NCBI GenBank assembly: GCA_045106985.1
Contig: JBGCFQ010000020.1
Location: 138,429-202,428 of the forward strand
Direction: 5' to 3'
DNA length: 64,000 nt
From: Pseudomonadales bacterium
Lineage (GTDB): Bacteria; Pseudomonadota; Gammaproteobacteria; Pseudomonadales; JAUIET01
The notes below the pieces were generated by a model, which saw nothing but the letters and a program-made list of their open reading frames with translations, ran no database searches and was not told the origin of the DNA. The position numbers and the translations under genes are program-made. Shown here in pieces: positions 28,483 through 36,631 of the stretch. Position 1 is the stretch's first letter. Each line of letters starts with the position of its first letter.

Positions 28483-28739
28483 CTGTGTGTCCGTAATGAT
28501 TTAAGGATACTCTCTATAGACGCCAGTGCTGCTCGTCCACGGTACGTTTTTATACCATCTATAGACTTTTAAGTCACGTCTACGAGGCATGCTCGATGCG
28601 AGTTTGTATCGATGCAGTAGTTGGCTTACCTTCCGTATGTTCGTATACTCGCAGGCTTGAATGTTGGCTTTTGGCTGGCGTAATTTATGGGGGAATGTTA
28701 GCGATTCTGACAACTTCCAAAGAATAACAAAGGGTTTTA

Positions 28740-29708
28740 ATGTCTACTCTGGAAAGCCTGCACAATCTGGAAAATGCCATCAAACAGTCGGTTATCGGCC
28801 AGGATGACGTTGCCCGACAGTTGGTGATTGGCTTGTTGTGCAATGGTAATTTACTGCTTGAAGGCCTGCCTGGAACCGCGAAAACTCGTGCTGTAAAGTC
28901 ATTGGCACGCATATTGGACGTAAGCTTGAGCCGTATTCAATTCACGCCAGACCTACTGCCCTCCGACGTCACTGGTACCGAAGTATTTCATACCGAAGGT
29001 GAGAACAACACTCTACTGTTCCAACCTGGCCCCATTTTTGCCAACCTGGTTCTCGCAGATGAGATAAACCGGGCACCCGCAAAAGTGCAATCGGCCTTGC
29101 TTGAAGCGATGGAAGAGCGCCAAGTCACCGTCGCCGGCAAGAGCTACCCTATGCCAGATTTGTTTATGGTACTAGGCACTCAGAATCCGATAGAGCAAGA
29201 AGGCACATACCCGCTGCCCGAGGCCCAGATGGACCGGTTCTTATTGAAAGTTCTGGTTGACTACCCCAGCGACGACGCCGAGCTTGACGTGATGCGATTG
29301 GTGAGAAGTGAGGAAGGCGAATCTCAGCAGGCCATAAGCGATACCATTTCTAGTGATGAAATATTTGCTGCGCGGCGAGAGCTAAAAGGACTTCATATAG
29401 CGGAGAATATAGAACGTTACATAGTGGCGCTGGTACTGGCCACACGCCACCCTGAGCGTTACACGAACAGCGATCTGCATCACTGGCTTATAGTTGGCTC
29501 CAGCCCGCGCGCCAGTATTGCCTTAGATCGCAGCAGTCGCGCCGTTGCCTGGCTAACTGGCAAAGACTTTGTAGACCCAGACGACGTGCGCAGTGTTGTT
29601 CATCCCGCATTACGCCATAGACTTGCGTTGAGCTATGAGGCAATTGCCGAAGGCATTACTCAAGACGACGTGATCGATGAAATACTTCGCCAAGTTGCTG
29701 TTGCGTAG
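28740..29708 (+). CDS. moxR: MoxR-family AAA+ ATPase
   Basis: 322-aa ORF with Walker A GLPGTAKT, Walker B LADEINRAPAKVQSALLEAMEE and other MoxR/RavA-type motifs. Confidence 0.92.
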   Translation: MSTLESLHNLENAIKQSVIGQDDVARQLVIGLLCNGNLLLEGLPGTAKTRAVKSLARILDVSLSRIQFTPDLLPSDVTGTEVFHTEGENNTLLFQPGPIFANLVLADEINRAPAKVQSALLEAMEERQVTVAGKSYPMPDLFMVLGTQNPIEQEGTYPLPEAQMDRFLLKVLVDYPSDDAELDVMRLVRSEEGESQQAISDTISSDEIFAARRELKGLHIAENIERYIVALVLATRHPERYTNSDLHHWLIVGSSPRASIALDRSSRAVAWLTGKDFVDPDDVRSVVHPALRHRLALSYEAIAEGITQDDVIDEILRQVAVA

Positions 29709-29775
29709 AGTTGCTGCCATACCGTCAGCCCGATTGCTGCGAATTTTGTTCAGACAAAAAATTCGCTAGAGAAGT

Positions 29776-30804
29776 ATGAACCGCGAGAGGTCCGTGAGCA
29801 CAGTGAATAGCAAGCGAGCACACTCGGCACTTTCAGCACCCGCTGAAGACAGCCGCATTTACCTGAGCGCTCGGAAACTAATCGCGCTGCGAGCGCATGC
29901 ACGCGGCTTTGTGCTAAACCCAAGTCAGTTTATCCAAAACCAATACGTTGGTCGCCATCCGTCTAAACAGCGTGGCCGCGGATTAAATTTCGAAGAATTG
30001 AGTCATTACCGAATCGGCGATGACACAAGAACAATGGATTGGAAAGTAACCAACCGCACAGGCAAGCCCCATGTAAGAGTGTACACAGAAGAACGGGAAA
30101 GACCCGTAATGCTTGCCTGTGACCAGCGGGTCGCGATGTTTTTTGGCAGCCAGCACAAAATGAAATCAGTGGTGGCGGCCGAGGTCCTGTCACTGCTGGC
30201 ATGGCGTCAGTTTGCGCTGGGAGATGCCATTGCCTCATTGTTGTTTAACGATACAAACATGCTTGAATTTAGTCCGCAGAGAAGCAGCTCTGCTTTGCTG
30301 GAGGTTTTTCAGCAATTGAGTATCATGAATCGATCTTTGTCGTGCAAAACGGATCCGTTAGATCCGCTAGCCAGCCAAGCGTCTCTGAACAAAGCTTTAC
30401 ATCATCTAATGCGCTTATGCCCAAGAAATAATCTGATAGTGTTGATTTCAGACCTACAAGGTTACAACGACGACTCTGAAACACTCGTTAAAAGCCTTGC
30501 TATACACAACGACGTGTTCGTTCTGCATGCGATCGACGCTGCCGAGAAGGACCTGCCTGCCTCACATTCTTTAATTGCCGGCAATGGCGAGCTGCAGATA
30601 GCCGTAGGGTGCGACGAACCCTCGCTTAGAGACAACTACCGGCTTCAGGCTCAGCAATGGCTTAGTACGCTGGCTGCGCAATTTCGTCGTTCCGGGGTTG
30701 GGTACTATGCACTCAATACTGTGCAAGCCTCTGAGCAGCAACTTAGACAAGCGTTACCAGAAGCGTCTAACGTCGTACGTAAACAACATTCAAGCTTTTC
30801 CTAG
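29776..30804 (+). CDS. DUF58-family protein (MoxR partner)
   Basis: 342-aa ORF containing YRIGDDTRTMDWKVTNRTGKPHVRVYTEERE, the canonical DUF58 core. It is the second gene of the MoxR operon. Confidence 0.85.
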   Translation: MNRERSVSTVNSKRAHSALSAPAEDSRIYLSARKLIALRAHARGFVLNPSQFIQNQYVGRHPSKQRGRGLNFEELSHYRIGDDTRTMDWKVTNRTGKPHVRVYTEERERPVMLACDQRVAMFFGSQHKMKSVVAAEVLSLLAWRQFALGDAIASLLFNDTNMLEFSPQRSSSALLEVFQQLSIMNRSLSCKTDPLDPLASQASLNKALHHLMRLCPRNNLIVLISDLQGYNDDSETLVKSLAIHNDVFVLHAIDAAEKDLPASHSLIAGNGELQIAVGCDEPSLRDNYRLQAQQWLSTLAAQFRRSGVGYYALNTVQASEQQLRQALPEASNVVRKQHSSFS

Positions 30805-30850
30805 CGGTGCTCTCTTGTAAACTGGGAGATAGAATTGTGAGCGCTACTTC

Positions 30851-31396
30851 ATGAAAGCCGAGCTAAATTCCGAAGCAATAATAGATGCCACCTTCGGTAA
30901 CTACACCGTGCACGGCATTGAAGAGATAGTGTTTGCACAAGCTGTCTCTTGGATGCCAAGCACGATGGCGTGGAAGATACTTGGCCTGCTTTTACTGGTC
31001 GCTATTGGCTTCGCTCTGATGCAGTATGTGAAACATTGGCAAAGTAATGCTTATCGAAGAGCGGCTCTGCAGCAGTTAAAGGAGATACGAGCAGCCGCAT
31101 TACGGACCGATACCTCATCGAATGAGGCCTTGCTTAAGCTGCCAACACTGATGAAGGCAACCGCACTTCAAGCCTACCCGCGTGAGCAAGTAGCGTCGTT
31201 GAGCGGAGAAGGATGGCTTAAATTTCTAGATAGTTGCTACCAAGGTAAAGCTTTTAGCTCCGATGGTGGGCAGGCCTTACTGGCTTTGTCGTATCAAACC
31301 CCTGCACATTGGCCGGCGAGCAAAGCACAAACCGAAGAGCTGCTCACCTTATGTCATCGTTGGTTAGTTCAGCACAGGAAAGCCTCCGATGCTTGA
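30851..31396 (+). CDS. DUF4381-like single-TM protein
   Basis: 181-aa ORF with one TM segment followed by NAYRRAALQQLKEI. This is the usual third gene of Bat-type operons. Confidence 0.65.
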   Translation: MKAELNSEAIIDATFGNYTVHGIEEIVFAQAVSWMPSTMAWKILGLLLLVAIGFALMQYVKHWQSNAYRRAALQQLKEIRAAALRTDTSSNEALLKLPTLMKATALQAYPREQVASLSGEGWLKFLDSCYQGKAFSSDGGQALLALSYQTPAHWPASKAQTEELLTLCHRWLVQHRKASDA

Positions 31397-32393
31397 GCTA
31401 GCTTACCCTTGGGCCTTTATATTATTGCCTTTGCCCTGGTTGGCCGCACGGCTTTTGCCTGTCTATAAAGAATCACGAAGTGCTTTGCGTGTGCCTTTCT
31501 TTGAGACACTGGTCCACTTGTCTAACCACAGCGCTGGCACTGGCGCGGTATTGCTGCACCGCTCCTGGATAGAACGAATTTGGCAGATACTCGCCTGGAT
31601 GTTACTTGTTACCGCGCTGGCGTCACCGTATTGGCTTGGCGAGCCAATTGAACGAACCAAGTCAGCGCGCGATTTAATGGTTGCTGTCGATCTATCGGGC
31701 TCGATGCAAACCAAAGACTTTCACCTCACAACAGATACCAGCAAAAAGGTTAACCGCTTAGCAGCAGTAAGGTCTGTGCTCCACGAATTTGCCGAGCAAC
31801 GACAGCATGATCGCCTGGGTTTGATCGTATTTGGCGATGCCGCTTTTCTTCAGGCGCCGTTTACCGAAGACCATCGTGCTTGGCTGGTATTACTCGAGGA
31901 GACCCAGATTGGTATGGCCGGCCAAAGTACAATGTTTGGCGACGCCATTGGCCTGGCCATTAAATTGTTTGAAAACAGCGACAGTGAAAATCGCGTTTTA
32001 ATTATGCTAACCGATGGCAATGATACGGGCAGCAAAGTTCCGCCTGTTGAGGCAGCCAAAGTTGCTGCCAGCAAAGGCCTACGTATCTATACGATTGCTA
32101 TTGGCAATCCGCTGACGGTTGGCGAAGAGGCTTTAGACCTGGAGGTATTGCAACGAATAGCTGAAATCACTGGAGGCAACTTTTACCAAGCGCTGGATCG
32201 AACGCAGTTGGACGCGGCGTATCAGGCGATTACAGAGCTTGAGCCGGAGCTTTTCGAAACCTTGAGCTTTAGACCCCGACATAGCTTGTTGCATTGGCCT
32301 CTTGGTGCTGCTTTTGTTGGCCAACTGCTGCTTTTACTCGTGTTGCTTGTTTGCAGACTACGTCGATACCACAAAGTTGTTAAGTCGCTATGA
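31389..32393 (+). CDS. batA: VWA-domain membrane protein (BatA-like)
   Basis: 334-aa ORF with N- and C-terminal TM segments and a VWA MIDAS motif (VAVDLSGSM). It overlaps both neighbouring genes. Confidence 0.85.
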   Translation: MLELAYPWAFILLPLPWLAARLLPVYKESRSALRVPFFETLVHLSNHSAGTGAVLLHRSWIERIWQILAWMLLVTALASPYWLGEPIERTKSARDLMVAVDLSGSMQTKDFHLTTDTSKKVNRLAAVRSVLHEFAEQRQHDRLGLIVFGDAAFLQAPFTEDHRAWLVLLEETQIGMAGQSTMFGDAIGLAIKLFENSDSENRVLIMLTDGNDTGSKVPPVEAAKVAASKGLRIYTIAIGNPLTVGEEALDLEVLQRIAEITGGNFYQALDRTQLDAAYQAITELEPELFETLSFRPRHSLLHWPLGAAFVGQLLLLLVLLVCRLRRYHKVVKSL

Positions 32394-34129
32394 ACGCCGA
32401 GCAGCTCTTCGAGAATTTCCACCTCATACGGCCCTGGTTCTTGCTGGCGATACCCATTGTTGCCGCGCTCTGGTTCACACTTTGGAAAATGGACAAACAA
32501 AGCACTGCAGAACCTACCATTGTCGCGCCGCATCTTGCCAGCGCTCTACTAATGCCTGCAGGCAATAAAGGTTGGCTAACCCCATTGACCTGCATGCACC
32601 TACTAGCCGGCTTTTTAGCGCTGGCCTTATCAGGTCCTACCTGGGAAAGGCAATCCTCACCACTTATTGAAGATGAAGCGATCTTGATTATCGCTTTGGA
32701 TTTGTCTCAATCCATGCAGCAAGCAGACGTTCAACCTAGCCGTGTTGAGCGAGCCAAACAAAAGATTCAGGACTTGTTAGCACTGCGTGCGGGCGCTAGA
32801 AGCGGACTGATTGCTTATGCAGGCAGCGCTCACAGCGTTATACCGATCACTAGCGACCTGGACATTGTGCAAAATTTTCTAAGCGCAATACGTCCCGACA
32901 TGATGCCCCGGTCAGGAAAGCTGGCCGCAAAAGTACTGCCAGTTGTAGACTCCATGTTTTCTCAAACAGTGGGCGGCAGAAAGGATATACCAGGAACGTT
33001 ATTGCTTATAACTGACAACGCAGATTCTGCAACACAGGAAGCTTTTTCCACATTCTTTCAACAAAGTAAGCACCAGCTAGTTGTTTGGGGTGTTGGCACA
33101 ACTGACTTCACCGACTCAAGCAATGCTCAAGTACCTGCGAACTTTATTGCACAAGATGAAGCGGCACTAAAGGAACTGGCATCAAACAGCGACGGCTTCT
33201 ATCAGGCTTTTTCGACAGACAAGAGCGACGTGCGCCGGATCAACTGGCAAATAGATAATTATTTGCTCACCGTTGACGATAACGATCATCCCTGGGTTGA
33301 TAAAGGCTACGTGCTGTTACTGCCCATTATGCTGCTTTGTCTTCTATGGTTTCGCCGTGGCTGGACGGTTCAGTACTTGCTAGTACTGGCCACTTTGTCC
33401 ATAGGTTCCACAGCGTTCAGTCCAATCTCATTGGCAAACGACAAACAGCAAGTAGCTATACAAGACCCTACAGAGATTTTGCAATCAACGACTGGCCCCT
33501 TACTAACTGAGCCTTCTTTAGCTCAGCGCTTTGTCAGCCTATGGTTCACAGCAGACCAAAGAGCGCGCTTCTATTTTGAACGTGGCCACTATCACCTTGC
33601 AGCCGAGCTTTTCGAAGTACCTATGTGGCGTGGCATTGCTTATTATCTGGCTGAAGATTTTGCTAATGCAGCCGATGCATTTTCTCTAATTGAAACTAGC
33701 GACGGTTGGTTCAATCTTGGCAATGCCTGGGCGCATGGGCAGCATTATCTTAAGGCAGTTTCGGCTTACGATGAAGTACTACGCCGCAGGCCAGACCACC
33801 CGGGAGCGGTGAAAAACCGGGCGCTTATTCAAAAATTAATTGATGACATTAATCGCATGAGCGAGAGCCAGCAAGCCGAGCCAGGCGAATCATCACGAGA
33901 GCTTGGTTCAGAACCACAGCGAGCGGATGGTGCCGAGCAGCAGCAATGGGGCGTAAATGAGCAAGAACAATTTAATGCAGAACAATTATTAACGGACGAG
34001 CGCATTCAGCAACAATGGATGAAACAGGTACAACAAGACCCTGCACGCTTTCTGTCGATCAAATTTCAGATGCAGCTGTATCAAAGCGGATCCCCTATCA
34101 ATAGCCAGGTTCGGCCCGATGAAAACTAA
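32390..34129 (+). CDS. batB: VWA-TPR membrane protein (BatB/BatC-like fusion)
   Basis: 579-aa ORF with a MIDAS motif (IALDLSQSM), TM segments, TPR repeats (FNLGNAWAHGQHYLKAVSAYDEVLRRRPDHPGA) and a Gln/Glu-rich tail. Confidence 0.8.
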   Translation: MNAEQLFENFHLIRPWFLLAIPIVAALWFTLWKMDKQSTAEPTIVAPHLASALLMPAGNKGWLTPLTCMHLLAGFLALALSGPTWERQSSPLIEDEAILIIALDLSQSMQQADVQPSRVERAKQKIQDLLALRAGARSGLIAYAGSAHSVIPITSDLDIVQNFLSAIRPDMMPRSGKLAAKVLPVVDSMFSQTVGGRKDIPGTLLLITDNADSATQEAFSTFFQQSKHQLVVWGVGTTDFTDSSNAQVPANFIAQDEAALKELASNSDGFYQAFSTDKSDVRRINWQIDNYLLTVDDNDHPWVDKGYVLLLPIMLLCLLWFRRGWTVQYLLVLATLSIGSTAFSPISLANDKQQVAIQDPTEILQSTTGPLLTEPSLAQRFVSLWFTADQRARFYFERGHYHLAAELFEVPMWRGIAYYLAEDFANAADAFSLIETSDGWFNLGNAWAHGQHYLKAVSAYDEVLRRRPDHPGAVKNRALIQKLIDDINRMSESQQAEPGESSRELGSEPQRADGAEQQQWGVNEQEQFNAEQLLTDERIQQQWMKQVQQDPARFLSIKFQMQLYQSGSPINSQVRPDEN

Positions 34130-35540
34130 ACACTTTCACTGGTTTTACTTGAGCAGTTTGCTTCTCTTGCAATTAGTATCGCCAGCATTTGTGACAGCGC
34201 AGAACAGTCTCCCTGAACTGGAACAGCCCGCGAACGATGTTATAAGCATTAAACAATTGCTGGCAACAGATCAGCTTAGAGTTAAAACCTGGCTGCAGCC
34301 GGCGGATAACATTGTTGCTCGCCAGCAACTTGAGCTAAACATAGAAATCTCAACGGCCAGCTTTTTTAGCGGAGGCACTCGTATCGCTCGTTTCGAAATG
34401 AACAATGCGATTGTATTGCGCCGTAATAAGTTTGCGGTTAATTCATCTCGGCGCGAGGCCGGAACCACCTGGTCGGTGCAGTTGTGGACGATAACTATAT
34501 ACCCACAGCGTGGTGGCGAGTTTGTGATTCCCTCGTTGGCTATAAATATTTCTATTGCTGACAGTAACGGCCAGCCAATCGAGGGGCAGACCAGTACCGA
34601 CGCATTAACCTTTAACGCGACAGTACCCGAGTCTCTTAAAACAACGGCATTGAACGACTGGGTTGCTAGCAGCCAATTTTCTGTTAAGGAACACTTTGAC
34701 CGCCCACTTGATCAGCTGAAAGCGGGTGACGCAGTGCGCCGAACTATCAGTATTGAAGCCGAGAATCTCGCCGCGATGATGCTACCTTCAGTATCCTCTG
34801 CGCCTCAAGCTGGCTTGGCCTCTTATCAAAACCCCGCTAGATTAGAAGATCGTGTAAACCGCGGCAATTACCAGGCTATGCGCTTTGAATCGATAAGCTA
34901 TGTTGTTGAAGCAGAGGGTAACTACACGCTACCAGAGCTTGTTTTCTCATGGTGGAATACTGACAGCAACGAGCTCCAGTATGTCCGTCTACCCTCACAT
35001 CAACTTAGCGCTTCTGCATCCACTTTTGCAACAACACTCGACGATGAATCTGTTCGGGCACACTCAGTTTGGTATTTGCTGGCTGCCATATCTCTTCTTA
35101 TCACACTGCTTGTTTTTACCTTCAAAAGAAATCTTTGGAGTTTTCCTGAGCCTCTTAGACAACAATGGATGCAACAATGGGGAAAGCGTGCCTTGTCGTC
35201 CCAAGAGAGAATCTTGCGGCAGCAAATGCTAACAGCGCATGCGCGCGGAGATTCTCAACAAGCTGTTGTGCGACTGTATCAATGGCTATCTGTCGCCTCG
35301 CAGCTTGCCAGCGAGCCTTGCCCTGGGGCGCTTCGTCCGCTATTAACTGGCGCAGAGCACACTTCGTTGCTTGATGCTGTTAACCAACTTATGAACAGCG
35401 CTTATGGAGAAAGCCAGCCGCAAGGGCCCGATAAGTCTGCCTTTGAGAAACTTATCGTCCAACTGCAGGCTGATCTGTCAGGATCTAACATTAGCAGGCA
35501 GACAGCGACAGGCGTAAACCTTTCCGTCCTCAATCCTTAA
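34119..35540 (+). CDS. batD: BatD-like (oxygen-tolerance family) protein
   Basis: 473-aa ORF with a signal peptide, a beta-rich ectodomain and a late TM segment (WYLLAAISLLITLLVFTF). It is the last gene of the operon. Confidence 0.7.
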   Translation: MKTKHFHWFYLSSLLLLQLVSPAFVTAQNSLPELEQPANDVISIKQLLATDQLRVKTWLQPADNIVARQQLELNIEISTASFFSGGTRIARFEMNNAIVLRRNKFAVNSSRREAGTTWSVQLWTITIYPQRGGEFVIPSLAINISIADSNGQPIEGQTSTDALTFNATVPESLKTTALNDWVASSQFSVKEHFDRPLDQLKAGDAVRRTISIEAENLAAMMLPSVSSAPQAGLASYQNPARLEDRVNRGNYQAMRFESISYVVEAEGNYTLPELVFSWWNTDSNELQYVRLPSHQLSASASTFATTLDDESVRAHSVWYLLAAISLLITLLVFTFKRNLWSFPEPLRQQWMQQWGKRALSSQERILRQQMLTAHARGDSQQAVVRLYQWLSVASQLASEPCPGALRPLLTGAEHTSLLDAVNQLMNSAYGESQPQGPDKSAFEKLIVQLQADLSGSNISRQTATGVNLSVLNP

Positions 35541-35613
35541 CGCTCGCTGATGTGAGGGACCACTAAGCGAGAAATTCTAAGCTTTGATATAGGTCATTTC
35601 AAAAAAATCAAAC

Positions 35614-35633
35614 TACTGTATATATTTACAGTG
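35614..35633. promoter_or_regulatory. LexA (SOS) box upstream of imuA
   Basis: TACTGTATATATTTACAGTG matches the gammaproteobacterial CTGT-N8-ACAG consensus. It lies 27 nt upstream of the imuA ATG. Confidence 0.9.
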
Positions 35634-35659
35634 GTTTGATTTTGGTTTAGGCTGTAACA

Positions 35660-36631
35660 ATGGCTTCAACTATCCCCCAACTACATGGCCCCCAACTACA
35701 TGGCCCCCAACCATCCGGCCCCCAATCACCCGGTCTTCAAACGAGTGGCAACCAAGAAGCACTCGCCATGCTGTTGCAACATCCCTCCATATGGCAGGCG
35801 AATGAGCAGCACCTAAGAGACAACTCGAATGCAGCCGAGGCAGTGTCCAGCAGTTACCCGGAACTTGATAGCAAGCTACACATGGGTGGCTGGCCCTGCA
35901 GCGGCAGTACAGAGTTATTTAGCGATCAATTCGGCATTGGCGAACTAAGTTTGCTGATTCCAGCATTAAACGCACTTAGTCAACGCAATACACAGCGCTG
36001 CACCGCCCTTGTTGCCCCACCTCATGCACCTAACGCTCCGGCATTACTCAGGCATGGCATTGATGTGCAGCGGGTGCTGGTTGTTCAGGCGTATTCCTTG
36101 GCTGACAAATTATGGATAAGTGAACAATTATTGCGCAGCGGTCATTTTTCGGCCGTTATCAGCTGGCTTGACGAACATAAGCTCAGTTATGCCCAATTGC
36201 GAAAAATTCAATTAGCCGCCCACGAGGGACAGAGTTGGGGGGTCAGTTTTAGGCCCTCGGTACTGAGCGAACAATCTTCACCGGCCAAGTTGCGCATTCG
36301 CTTACAGGCTAAAAAAAAACACTTGCAGTTAGACATACTAAAACAGCAAGGCGGCTGGGCTGGGCAGAAGGTGTTACTACCCCGCCCCGCCGCATTGCTA
36401 GCCAACACACTGCAAGTGAACAACTGGATTTCAACTGACCTGGTTTCAACAAACTCTTTATTAACGAGCGATGGTTCAATAAATAATGCTTTGGCTAGCG
36501 ATACACTTACCCTTACTGCCCCTAGAAATATTCACTCGCGGCACAAACGAAGCAAACCCCTGCGTGGTTATTCAACAACAACGCGTCAGCTACGCCAACG
36601 CCCACGCTCTGAGATCAGGCATTCAGATTGA
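35660..36631 (+). CDS. imuA: ImuA (SulA/RecA-fold-like) translesion-synthesis accessory protein
   Basis: 323-aa ORF that is LexA-box-preceded and immediately upstream of imuB. It has an N-terminal PQxxG repeat. The reading frame continues 146 nt into imuB. Confidence 0.75.
   Translation: MASTIPQLHGPQLHGPQPSGPQSPGLQTSGNQEALAMLLQHPSIWQANEQHLRDNSNAAEAVSSSYPELDSKLHMGGWPCSGSTELFSDQFGIGELSLLIPALNALSQRNTQRCTALVAPPHAPNAPALLRHGIDVQRVLVVQAYSLADKLWISEQLLRSGHFSAVISWLDEHKLSYAQLRKIQLAAHEGQSWGVSFRPSVLSEQSSPAKLRIRLQAKKKHLQLDILKQQGGWAGQKVLLPRPAALLANTLQVNNWISTDLVSTNSLLTSDGSINNALASDTLTLTAPRNIHSRHKRSKPLRGYSTTTRQLRQRPRSEIRHSD
35676..35735 (+). repeat. 4 x 15-bp in-frame tandem repeat inside the imuA 5' end
   Basis: The units are cccaactacatggcc x2, cccaaccatccggcc and cccaatcacccggtc. 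Together they encode PQLHG PQLHG PQPSG PQSPG. Confidence 0.9.

Noticed and set aside
28501-28912. Minus-strand ORFs 28501..28713 and 28685..28912 in the sulfatase-moxR intergenic region.
   Set aside because: They have no motifs. The second overlaps the well-supported moxR start. I interpret the region as a divergent promoter.
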